Shown: one piece after another, positions 45,701 through 58,363 of the stretch
How the letters are laid out: the number at the start of each line of letters is the position of its first letter
Position numbering within the stretch: position 1 is the stretch's first letter
DNA from: Lingula anatina
Lineage: Eukaryota > Animalia > Brachiopoda
Assembly (NCBI GenBank): GCA_051362555.1
Contig: CM120646.1
Location: 496,001-560,000, forward strand
Direction of reading: 5' to 3'
Length of the DNA: 64,000 bases
Made by a program: the position numbers and the translations under genes
Notes under the pieces: generated by a model
Seen by the model: the letters and a program-made list of their open reading frames with translations, nothing else
Database searches by the model: none
Told to the model about the DNA's origin: nothing

Positions 45701-48700
45701 AAGTTACCGGTACAGTAAAGGTACAGCTGATAGCCGGGCAGGTACAGTGTCCGTCGATAGACTATACATAAGCCGTATTTATAACATTAGTCACTTTTAA
45801 CACCTTGTAAGATGGCTAATCAACAAAGGGCCCCCAAGCAATGGTCTTTAACAAAGCAGGAATCAATGAACTCTTTCGAAAATTGGAAGCAAAATCTTCA
45901 GTATACACTCTCTTTGGACAGAAATTTTGCCCCCTTTTTAATTGAGGGTGTTACATGGCAAAAAAAATCAAGAGCCTCTCCTCTCCGTGGCTTCCAAGAT
46001 GATGACGAAGAGGTTCCAAACAGCCGCACAGCACAACAAAAAGTTACTCAACTAGAATTGATGCTTGGACAAATAGCAAACTTTTGCCCGATTATATCTA
46101 GAAACACGATAGTGAAAAATTCAACATCTTTACCTAATATTTGGCAGGCCATTCGTCTCCATTATGGTTTTCAGTCAACGGGTGCACACTTCCTTGATCT
46201 CGCAAGCATCAAATTAGAGCACAATGAAAAACCAGAAGACTTATATCAGCAATTACTTGCCTTCATTGATGATAGCCTGTTGCAGGCAGGCGGCGGAATT
46301 TTACATCACGGTGAAATACCTACTGAAGATGAGGAATTGTCTCCTTCACTAGAAAACATGATCATTCTCATATGGTTAAAACTTATCCATAATGATCTTC
46401 CAAGAATTGTGAAACAGCGTTATGGCACTGAGTTAAGATCATGCACGGACATTAGCCTCGATCAAACCTGAAATTTCACAGGCATTGGAGTCCTTACTCG
46501 ACGAGGTGCATACACAAGAGGGTGCTGAATTGGTGCGAGCTGCTGCTGTCCAAGTACATGAATCTCGCCCTATATTTTATCCTGGCAGTCGATCAAGTGA
46601 AAAAAGGGAGGAAAGTATGCCCATTGTGCAAGCAATCTGGGAGAACAAAAACTGATCATTTCCTCAGCACATGTAAGTTTCTACCTGAAGCTGACCGTAA
46701 ATTCATGGTAAAGGCCAGGCAGCTGCATACTTTAGATGAAGGTCATTATACCAGTGATGATGAGCACATAAGTGAGGAAGAGCCTGATATCTATGTGAAA
46801 CCAGATGTCCCCACTACAAGTATGGGTAGACGAGTACATGTGAAGCAATCACCTTATCTCAATGCATTTTATGATTACCACCCACTCAAGGTCACAATTG
46901 ATTCAGGAGCAGAATCAAACATGATTCGTGAAAGTCTAGTCCAATATATTGGTGCTACAGTAGAAAAAAGCTCTCAGCGTGTATTCCAGGCAGATGGGCA
47001 GTCACCACTTAAAGTAAAAGGAGAAACATGTATTGAGTTAAATCGCAATGGCCATCACTTCACCCTACAAGTTTTAGTTGTTGAAGCTATGGATGTCGAT
47101 ATTCTAGGAGGTGTCCCATTCATGGAAGTAAATGACATTAGCATCAGACCTGCCAAATGCCTGATTACTTTGGGGGATGGCACACAATACACTTATGGTC
47201 AGGATAATAACACTGCCTCGAAGAGTGTTATTCGTCGCACACAAGCTTTTGTTCTGCGTGCTCCTACTCAGTCTACCGTGTGGCCTGGTGATTATATTGA
47301 ACTTGAAATCCCAGAGGAATTAGGTCATGACTCATCTCTAGCCATCGAGCCCAGATCAGACTGCTCCTCAACACATGTGTCCAAGGTCGCACAACAATGG
47401 CCAAGCCCAGCCATGGTGTCAAGCATTGATGGGAGAATAAGGATCCAAAACACAACCACTGAGCCAAGAGCGTTAAAAAAACATGAGCATTTTTGTCAGG
47501 TGCTACAGGTTTTTTCTCCCGACAGTACTTACAATACAGAAGCACCTTTGAACCAAGGACATTCTGAGTGCGTTACTAAGCCCAAGGCATGTGATCATTC
47601 TGTTGCCATCCAGCTCGACCAGGATAATATACTTCCAGAAAAGATCCGCTCCCAATTCAGGCAACTTCACTCAGGGTTTAGCCATGTATTCGACCCACAC
47701 TATAAGGGATACAATGGAGCATCAGGTCCCTTTAAGCCCATTGTAAACATGGGAAACGTACTGCCACCACAACGAAAAGGGCGGATTCCCCAATACGCTA
47801 GGGATAAGTTGGATGAACTACAGTGTAAATTTGATGACCTTGAAGCTCTGGGCGTCTTTGCCAGGCCGGAGGACGTTGGTGTCGTGGCGGAATATCTGAA
47901 CCCTTCCTTTCTCGTGAGAAAACCCAATGGCAGCTACAGATTAGTTACAGCATTCGCTAAGGTAGGGCGATATTGCAAACCACAACCTTCCCTTTTGCCA
48001 GATGTCAATTCAACACTGCAAACCATAGCGCGCTGGAAGTTCATCATTGTGTCAGACCTAACTAGTGCATTTTACCAAATTCCTATCTCAAAGGAGTCCA
48101 TGAAGTACTGTGGTGTTGCGACTCCTTTCCGTGGTGTTAGAGTATATACCCGATGTGCCATGGGGATGCCTGGATCAGAAACAGCATTGGAAGAGCTCAT
48201 GTGCCGCGTGTTGGGTGAGCTAATCCAGGAGGGCATAGTCACTAAATTAGCTGATGATCTTTATTGTGGTGGCGACACGCCTGCACAATTGTACAACAAC
48301 TGGAAGCGTGTCTTGGAGGCCCTTAGCTCTAATGGCCTAAATCTTGCAGCTGCAAAAACCATTGTTGCTCCGAGACAAACTGTTGTCTTAGGATGGGTTT
48401 GGTCCAGTGGAAGTATCCATGCCAGTCCTCACCGCATTTCTGCATTATCAAATTGCCCCCCCCCCCTGACACAGTCAGTGGAATGAGATTATTTATTGGC
48501 GCATTCAAAGTCTTAGCCAGAGTAATACCCAATGCTGCCCAAATACTCGATCCATTAGAGCAATCCACTGTGGGTCTCCAGTCCAAGGACAAGATTAAGT
48601 GGAGTGAAAACTTGCAAGACGCCTTTGCTGCAGCACAAATGTCATTGTCTTCCAACAAGTCAATTTTACTACCACAACCAGAGGACCAGCTATGGATAGT

Positions 48701-51700
48701 GACAGACGGTGCTGTGAAAAACCATGGTCTCGGTGCCACCATGTATGTTACTAGACATTCTAAACTGCACCTTGCAGGCTACTTCAGTGCCAAGTTACGG
48801 AAAAGACAGACAACATGGATTCCTTGTGAAATTGAAGCACTCTGTATTGCTGCAGCCATTAAACACTTCAGTCCATACATCACCCAGTCCCATCATCAGG
48901 CTTGTATACTTACTGACAGCAAACCATGTGTACAGGCTTATGAAAAGTTATGCAGAGGGCAATTTTCATCGAGTGCGCGTGTTGCAACCTTCTTATCTAC
49001 AGCTAGTCACTTCCAGGTGGGTATACGCCACTTGTCCGGACAAGCAAACACTCCATCCGATTTTACATGTCGTAATGCTCCTGAGTGTGAAGTTGAGAGT
49101 TGTCAAGTTTGTACATTTATACGGCAATTAGAAGACTCTGTTGGTCGTAGCATTACCACGCAAGACATTTTGACAGGCGCCACTAGACTTCCCTTCACCA
49201 ACAGGTCATCTTGGCTGAAGGCCCAATCTGAGTGCAGTGATTTGCGTAAAACTCATGCTTATCTCCGTCAGGGTACTCGCCCATCAAAAAAACTTACTAA
49301 TGTCAAAGATGTAAAGCGCTACTTGAATGTCTGCACGATTGCACGAGATGGCCTTGTTGTTGTTAAACAGGATAAACCATTATCACCCAGTAGGGAGCGT
49401 ATTGTGGTCCCTCGAAGTGCCCTTGAAGGATTACTCACCGCTTTACACATCAGACTAAACCATCCAAGTTGCCACCAGCTGAAGTTAGTTTCTCAGAGAT
49501 ACTTCTATGCTCTTGATATGGACAATGCGCTCCAGCGTGTAACCCACACATGTCACCACTGTGCATCATTACAGCAGTTCCCTAAGGCATTACTTCAGCA
49601 GTCAACTACCGATCCTCCAGATGCCATAGGTTACACATTTGCAGCAGACGTCATTAAACGAGAACGCCAGCTTATTCTCGTAGTTCGTGAGTGTGTGACT
49701 TCCTTTACTACATCATGCCTATAGAAGATGAGCGTCACCAAACCCTTTGCAATGCTCTAATCCAGCTATGCATTGGCTTACTTCCCCTTGATGGTCCTAC
49801 TGCTGTTGTTCGTACCGATCCTGGAACGGGGTTTCAAGCCTTAGTGAACAACGATCTACTAAAACAACACCATGTATGCATTGAAGTTGGACGCATAAAG
49901 AATATTAACAAAAACCCAATAGCTGAAAGAGCTGTACAAGAACTACAAGTTGAGCTGTTGCGGTCAGATCCGTCAGGAGGACCAATTTCAGCTACCAAAT
50001 TAGCCATTGCTACAGCTAGACTCAATACCCGCATCCGAGGAACAGGGTTGTCAGCACGTGAAATGTGGACTCAGAGGGATCAATTTACTTGTACACAGTT
50101 ACCCTTGGTAGACCGAGATCTGATAATTGAGCAACATAGGCGACGGGTCACAAACCACCCACATAGTGAGCAATCTAAGGCTCCCAGCAAAGAAAATCTT
50201 AGTTTGTGTGAAGTTGCAGTCGGAGACCTGGTGTATTTATATTCTGACCGCTCCAAATTAAAAGGCCGTGACAGATATTTCGTCACGTCAGTTGATGGAC
50301 AGTGGTGCAACATTCGTAAATTTACAGGATCTCAACTCAGAGCGACTTCCTACAGAGTAAAGTTATCAGAATGCTACAAAGTTCCAAATGACACTCTCTC
50401 ATCTTCTGATTATTTGCGACACAATCATAGTTCAGATGGGGAGGCTTCCGACAGTGAAATAGACGAAAGTGAAACCTCTCAGACTTCGCCTCCTGCACAG
50501 CCATTTATTCCGCATGCCCTTTCTCTCGCTGCCAGTGATGGGATAGAAGCATCAACACTAGAACCTGACAATCAGGTAGATACAACAATAAATGAGACAT
50601 TGTCACCAGAGAACAATAATCTTCCATCAACATCTCCAAGGAAGTCTACCAGACAAAGACGTGAACCGAAATATTTACAGGACTATGTCATGTATCAATA
50701 ATCTCAATTTAGAGACACATGTGACAGGTTAGGAAAGGGCCAGAATAATGCCCAACTGTCACATCTAACATCCAGCAGAGGGTAGTCTACCCCTCACTGG
50801 CTATTGTTGTCATATTAGTTTATCAATTTAGAACTTTGAGGGATGTTTATAAACAAACAAGTTAATTTAGTTCAATAGATACTGTAGTTTAAAGCGTTGA
50901 ACTGTTTATATAGATATAAAGAGAGATAGAGAAAGAAGAAGAAATGGTCGCGCCAGTGTGGCTTGTCTTGTGACCTAGTTTTCCATTGGAGTATCGATTT
51001 GCAACTCACGTGTTATCGTTGGTGTTAATGTTTGAATACAATTTTGAAGTCTTTATCAGCGTGTTTCTTATTCTGTTGCTGAGACGTTTACACTTTACTG
51101 GCGTGGCGGCAGCGGTGGCGAATCAAAGGACCCACAAACCAGCAGCAATTATAAGTTACCGGTACAGTAAAGGTACAGCTGATAGCCGGGCAGGTACAGT
51201 GTCCGTCGATAGACTATACATAAGCCGTATTTATAACATTAGTCACTTTTAACACCTTGTAAGATGGCTAATCAACAAAGGGCCCCCAAGCAATGGTCTT
51301 TAACAAAGCAGGAATCAATGAACTCTTTCGAAAATTGGAAGCAAAATCTTCAGTATACACTCTCTTTGGACAGAAATTTTGCCCCCTTTTTAATTGAGGG
51401 TGTTACATGGCAAAAAAAATCAAGAGCCTCTCCTCTCCGTGGCTTCCAAGATGATGACGAAGAGGTTCCAAACAGCCGCACAGCACAACAAAAAGTTACT
51501 CAACTAGAATTGATGCTTGGACAAATAGCAAACTTTTGCCCGATTATATCTAGAAACACGATAGTGAAAAATTCAACATCTTTACCTAATATTTGGCAGG
51601 CCATTCGTCTCCATTATGGTTTTCAGTCAACGGGTGCACACTTCCTTGATCTCGCAAGCATCAAATTAGAGCACAATGAAAAACCAGAAGACTTATATCA

Positions 51701-54700
51701 GCAATTACTTGCCTTCATTGATGATAGCCTGTTGCAGGCAGGCGGCGGAATTTTACATCACGGTGAAATACCTACTGAAGATGAGGAATTGTCTCCTTCA
51801 CTAGAAAACATGATCATTCTCATATGGTTAAAACTTATCCATAATGATCTTCCAAGAATTGTGAAACAGCGTTATGGCACTGAGTTAAGATCATGCACGG
51901 ACATTAGCCTCGATCAAACCTGAAATTTCACAGGCATTGGAGTCCTTACTCGACGAGGTGCATACACAAGAGGGTGCTGAATTGGTGCGAGCTGCTGCTG
52001 TCCAAGTACATGAATCTCGCCCTATATTTTATCCTGGCAGTCGATCAAGTGAAAAAAGGGAGGAAAGTATGCCCATTGTGCAAGCAATCTGGGAGAACAA
52101 AAACTGATCATTTCCTCAGCACATGTAAGTTTCTACCTGAAGCTGACCGTAAATTCATGGTAAAGGCCAGGCAGCTGCATACTTTAGATGAAGGTCATTA
52201 TACCAGTGATGATGAGCACATAAGTGAGGAAGAGCCTGATATCTATGTGAAACCAGATGTCCCCACTACAAGTATGGGTAGACGAGTACATGTGAAGCAA
52301 TCACCTTATCTCAATGCATTTTATGATTACCACCCACTCAAGGTCACAATTGATTCAGGAGCAGAATCAAACATGATTCGTGAAAGTCTAGTCCAATATA
52401 TTGGTGCTACAGTAGAAAAAAGCTCTCAGCGTGTATTCCAGGCAGATGGGCAGTCACCACTTAAAGTAAAAGGAGAAACATGTATTGAGTTAAATCGCAA
52501 TGGCCATCACTTCACCCTACAAGTTTTAGTTGTTGAAGCTATGGATGTCGATATTCTAGGAGGTGTCCCATTCATGGAAGTAAATGACATTAGCATCAGA
52601 CCTGCCAAATGCCTGATTACTTTGGGGGATGGCACACAATACACTTATGGTCAGGATAATAACACTGCCTCGAAGAGTGTTATTCGTCGCACACAAGCTT
52701 TTGTTCTGCGTGCTCCTACTCAGTCTACCGTGTGGCCTGGTGATTATATTGAACTTGAAATCCCAGAGGAATTAGGTCATGACTCATCTCTAGCCATCGA
52801 GCCCAGATCAGACTGCTCCTCAACACATGTGTCCAAGGTCGCACAACAATGGCCAAGCCCAGCCATGGTGTCAAGCATTGATGGGAGAATAAGGATCCAA
52901 AACACAACCACTGAGCCAAGAGCGTTAAAAAAACATGAGCATTTTTGTCAGGTGCTACAGGTTTTTTCTCCCGACAGTACTTACAATACAGAAGCACCTT
53001 TGAACCAAGGACATTCTGAGTGCGTTACTAAGCCCAAGGCATGTGATCATTCTGTTGCCATCCAGCTCGACCAGGATAATATACTTCCAGAAAAGATCCG
53101 CTCCCAATTCAGGCAACTTCACTCAGGGTTTAGCCATGTATTCGACCCACACTATAAGGGATACAATGGAGCATCAGGTCCCTTTAAGGCCATTGTAAAC
53201 ATGGGAAACGTACTGCCACCACAACGAAAAGGGCGGATTCCCCAATACGCTAGGGATAAGTTGGATGAACTACAGTGTAAATTTGATGACCTTGAAGCTC
53301 TGGGCGTCTTTGCCAGGCCGGAGGACGTTGGTGTCGTGGCGGAATATCTGAACCCTTCCTTTCTCGTGAGAAAACCCAATGGCAGCTACAGATTAGTTAC
53401 AGCATTCGCTAAGGTAGGGCGATATTGCAAACCACAACCTTCCCTTTTGCCAGATGTCAATTCAACACTGCAAAGGGCCAGAATAATGCCCAACTGTCAC
53501 ATCTAACATCCAGCAGAGGGTAGTCTACCCCTCACTGGCTATTGTTGTCATATTAGTTTATCAATTTAGAACTTTGAGGGATGTTTATAAACAAACAAGT
53601 TAATTTAGTTCAATAGATACTGTAGTTTAAAGCGTTGAACTGTTTATATAGATATAAAGAGAGATAGAGAAAGAAGAAGAAATGGTCGCGCCAGTGTGGC
53701 TTGTCTTGTGACCTAGTTTTCCATTGGAGTATCGATTTGCAACTCACGTGTTATCGTTGGTGTTAATGTTTGAATACAATTTTGAAGTCTTTATCAGCGT
53801 GTTTCTTATTCTGTTGCTGAGACGTTTACACTTTACTGGCGAGAACACCTCTGCTCACAATAGGAGAATGTGCAAGGGGAGACAACTTAATTGGCTGTCA
53901 GACCAGAAATGGCCTTACTCGTGGTTTAAGATCATGTAAGACTATTTGTGAACTTAAATTGCACTTTAAGACCAAATCAAGCCCACTAGTGTATATTAAT
54001 AAGAAATGTCCGGGATAGCCTATTTTGAACATCTGCGCAGCAGGTGACGTCAAACGAGACCTAGATTGGAGCGAGATTTCACGAGAGGTGGGGTTAAAAT
54101 CTGCCAATGAAACTTCTCTCGCGGTCGGGCACAAGTCTATGTTATGGCGTTGTCATGTAATTTGAGATAGAGCAACGCAATGGTGAATTGCTAATGTTGT
54201 GTCGTAAGGTGCATTGCAGTTAAAGTTAAGCGAAAAAACCAGGAAAATGACCATGGATGACGGACATGACTGGCGAGAGAAGTGAAGTGAAGAAAGAGAA
54301 GTTGGGCTTGATTAGATTAAAAGGACTAATTGCCAACATATTTAAAGTACAGATCAGGTTGCAGCACGTCACTGGCTCCATGGCATCACCGTATAGACCG
54401 TATCATCAACGGTCGAGGGGCATATTAATAAGTAAGTTTTGTGTGTAGTTTACAGGACACCATGGTTTATTAATGTAATACAGTCCTAGTACTTGTGATT
54501 AATAATCAGTAACTATATCAGACAAATTCGCTTATACTATTCCTATCTCCATATAACGTGTACCTGATTATGAAATACTGGTGAACCTTCTACACCTATT
54601 AAGCATACACAATGTTCAGTTGCATTTGTAACATTCCATGCCGGGTGCTCAGTTATGATAATTGCAAGTAAGGTAGAAATTAGAGTTGGTATTTTACAAC

Positions 54701-57700
54701 AACGTTTATCACATAATGATATTTATTTCAGAAAACTAAGTGAGTTATTTTTTATTTATTTTAGAGCATGACAGACACAGCACATGTTATTGAACCAGGC
54801 AAGAACTGTGAGAGTCATGTGGTCAGGATAATCAGATGTTGAAGATTGCTCAGTGTATATTAATCTCTTATGTCCTTAGTTATTATGTTGTTTACTTAAT
54901 TATATCAGGATTCAACAGATGGCATTTTTGTCTGGGTGTCACTTACAGTATCAGGCATTTTCTTTATTGCTTCAAAATGAAATATTTGGTTTTATGAATA
55001 TATATATAGGCCTTTGTATTGTACTGCACTAGTGATTTAATGAAGAAAATTATTTTTCTTGCTAGTATCATTCTTGTGTTACTGTAGTGACTTTTTTTAA
55101 TAACTATATGACACCTGTTTTTCATACCATCTACTCAGATCACAAATACAAGTTCGCCTGTGATGTGTTGATTTGTTGCATTTGTGTATAATTGTCAATA
55201 AAATGCAATGATTTTGTGAAAATTTCAACTTATATGTTGTCCATTTTAATACTTTCTTTTGTCATCTTTCCTGTCATTAAAGTCGGATCTAATCACAATG
55301 AAACTTACATTTTGTGAATGCTATCCATTCGTTTCTATAGCATCATTTTCATAAGTAAATAATTGAAGAAAATTAACTTTATGATCAAACTCGAGCCTTT
55401 TGAATTAGTTACTATAAATTTAGTGAAATTAAAACAAAGATGCAGGCAAGTCTAATGTTCTGATATGCCAACCATCAGTAAATGAAATGTCAAATGATTT
55501 TATTTTACTTCTTTATAAATAAAGTTTAAAAGTAAAACATTTATAAAAATAAATTAGTTGCAGTTATAAAGCTTTTGTTGTTCAAACGGATCTTATGAAA
55601 TGACCAGTCAATGAAGAACAATCAAAAATGAACAATATCTTTAATATGTCTATTTTGCATCCACTGGCATGTTTAGACAAGCATCTCTTTAAAACCCCAA
55701 AGACAGTAATATAAATTGACAATTTAAAAATGAAAAAGAGTGGATAACTATATAAAGTTCTTGACATCTACATCAGGGAAATAGTGAAAATGGAAGTTTG
55801 TAGCCAACACCGATTGAAGAATATTTGCAAAATAACAGAAGTAGGAAATTTTATATTGCAATACGCTGGAGTTAATAATTTAAATTTAGTAATTATGATA
55901 ACCTAAGAATGAAGCAATTAAGCCCTCGACAGCACTGAATTACTTTATTTACAAATGTCCAATGCTTGTAGAATGTACATGGACCTACTTTCAACATTGA
56001 TCTCATTGAAAGCAAAACAGTCATGTGGGGGCATCATCCGTCCGATTCTCATTCAATCCTAGCCACTTTCATCTAAAAGGTATGCGTATCAACGGGCATG
56101 GTAACTAATGTCATTTTCCTGTACCACAAGCAAGTATCTGGTCATGTAGCCTGTTTAACATGACCTTTGCTGCGTAGTACGTCCTCCGGGTGAATTTTGC
56201 TTTGCAAGCATCATTGGCTCTTAGCTTGGCAAATTCAACATGTCAGTTGTACGTACATATTATATCAATACTTTTTCTTTATAAAGTGAAAAAGAACAAG
56301 CCTGTAGCTCAAAAATGTGTAAGTTCAGCTATTTTTCAAGTAAAGAAATCGCTGCTCTACTTCTTTGTGGTCTCCATATTTTAACCCCACCTCAAGGCAG
56401 ATCTCGTAAAATCACGGGGAAACTTGGTCTTCTCGTTGAGAACCCGGACAGCCTCTATTATAGTCATGCATAGTCATTTCAGAAAAATTCATGTTCATTT
56501 TTTTGTTCAGTGTATATAGATGATGTGTGTTTTGTGTTTATTGTTTGTCTGTATTATTTAATATATGGGGTCCCTTTTTCAGAAAGTGAAACTGATAGAA
56601 AATCAGACAGTGGTGGTGACTTCATGGGGTAAGATTTTAGTCTTTATTTTGTTCATCAGATAATGAGACAATTTTATTTTAAAAAAATGTTACTTTTTTA
56701 ATTGACATTTGCTAAAATGAAACAGATTAAAGTTTTTTGATTTTCTAAGTTTCCAAATGTAATTTTTCAGGCATATTCATCCCGCCGATGCAGTATGTAT
56801 TACAGATGCTGCAAGTACAGGTAATTACGCTGAGATAGGTGGTTAAGAATATTGGGAAGAACAATATATTGTACTTTGTCATGGAATATGATTTAATATG
56901 ATAACTTAATCATAATCTAAACAAGATGTTGCATCAATTTTATCAATAGTGTATTAACTCTTGTCTGTAATCCAGGCAAAAAGAGTAGTTTGAATTAACA
57001 CATTTTTGCACATGCCGCTGAAGTATGATATTGCAGTAAGCTAGTCATAAATCCGATTCCTCTTTCATAAAAAGAACAAGCAGACACAAGTTATTTTATT
57101 GAAAACAACACCTTAGACCTTGGTAGAGAAGGAAGAGGTTCCCTAATACAGCAAGAGTCATGCTCTGCTAACGTATGTATTGGTTCAGGTTGAGTGGTCC
57201 GTGTATGAGGAGGCAAATTGTTCTTCATTTCGGCAGTGCTCCTATCCCCTAATATATGGCCTCAAGATCGAGTTAAAGAGCTCAGGTTATTCTCTTCATT
57301 TGATAGATTTTCCTTAATTCTACAATGTATAATATAATTTGTAAATATGGTAATTTTCTTTCAAATTACATATAAACACAAGTATAGCTTGTCATGTCAT
57401 GTTTTATCATACTTGTGGGCAGAAGTAACATACTATTCATTTTCAAAAATAGGTAGAGCCACAAAGTGAAGCAAACAGACCTAACCCGTTGGGGGAGGGG
57501 AATGAACACGTTGATGCAAACCCTAGCTTCAGCCCAGGAATGGTTCAGCACTACAGGGATCAGGAGGTAGAAAAAAAAAATTTCCTTTATTTTTAACATG
57601 CGTCTTGATATTATCACTCACACAATAGTGACACAAAATATCATTCTAGGATTAATTTTGAGTTTATGTCTGCAAAAGCGTTTTTATAATACTGCTACAT

Positions 57701-58303
57701 AATACTGCTACAGTTCAGCTTTTAAGTTTAAAATAGTGAAAAGATTGGTAAAGCACTTAGAGACCACCCCAGGTCTAATTATACAGTAACAATCAATAAC
57801 AGATCATCTTTCTAAACTAAACTTTTCCGTTTATGAATATTTTTCTTCTTCTTCTCCTTCACCATTGCTCATGATTCTTGACATTATTTTAGGAGTAACA
57901 TTGTATTATGTGCAATAATTTTAAATGTTAAACCCGTAAAAGATCATTGGAACCAGAACAAGATCCAGGCTACCCCTTAAAGTTAATGACTTGTATATAC
58001 ATCCACTTTAAACCACTTTTAACAGTAATAAAGTTTTCACCAAAATCAGTCCATAGCATTTTTCATAATATTGCTAAGAACAAAAGCGCAGACAAACCAA
58101 AGTTGTCAAAAAACTAACTTCCTTGGCGTATGTAAAATATATCTCTGTAAAGAAACACTGGTATTTGTTTTTGACAGGGATTACACAATAATACTGTCCC
58201 AAAAAGATTGAATGGAGAAGATGCAAGAGAAGAAACGACCCCAAAAGGTGTCGCTAGTGCAGCAGTTGGAGGAAACGCCCCAACAGGAGACGAGGTATAA
58301 TTA

Positions 58304-58363
<60 letters not shown>

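Larger units (their letters stand above)
45499..53841 (+). mobile_element. Ty3/Gypsy LTR retrotransposon tandem array: LTR1-internal-LTR2-deleted internal-LTR3
   Basis: 153-bp LTRs at 45499-45651, 50951-51103 and 53689-53841. PBS TGGCGGCAGCGGTGG (tRNA-Leu-like) follows LTR1 and LTR2. Polypurine tract precedes LTR2 and LTR3. Domain order gag-PR-RT-RH-IN. Confidence 0.93.
45306..53991. mobile_element. CACTA/CMC-type MITE (~340 bp when empty) hosting the LTR array
   Basis: ~65-bp TIRs CACTAGTGGGCTGGATTTGGTCTTAAAGTGCAATTTAAGTTCACAA / reverse complement at 53926-53991. 3-bp TSD TAT on both sides. Confidence 0.8.

Noticed and set aside
45534-45800. 88-aa ORF repeated at 50986 and partly at 53724
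   Set aside because: It spans the LTR and PBS and starts at TTG; it recurs only because the LTR recurs.
45499-53841. DIRS/Ngaro-type element because of the split repeats
   Set aside because: A DDE integrase, aspartic protease, PBS and PPT are present and no tyrosine recombinase is seen.
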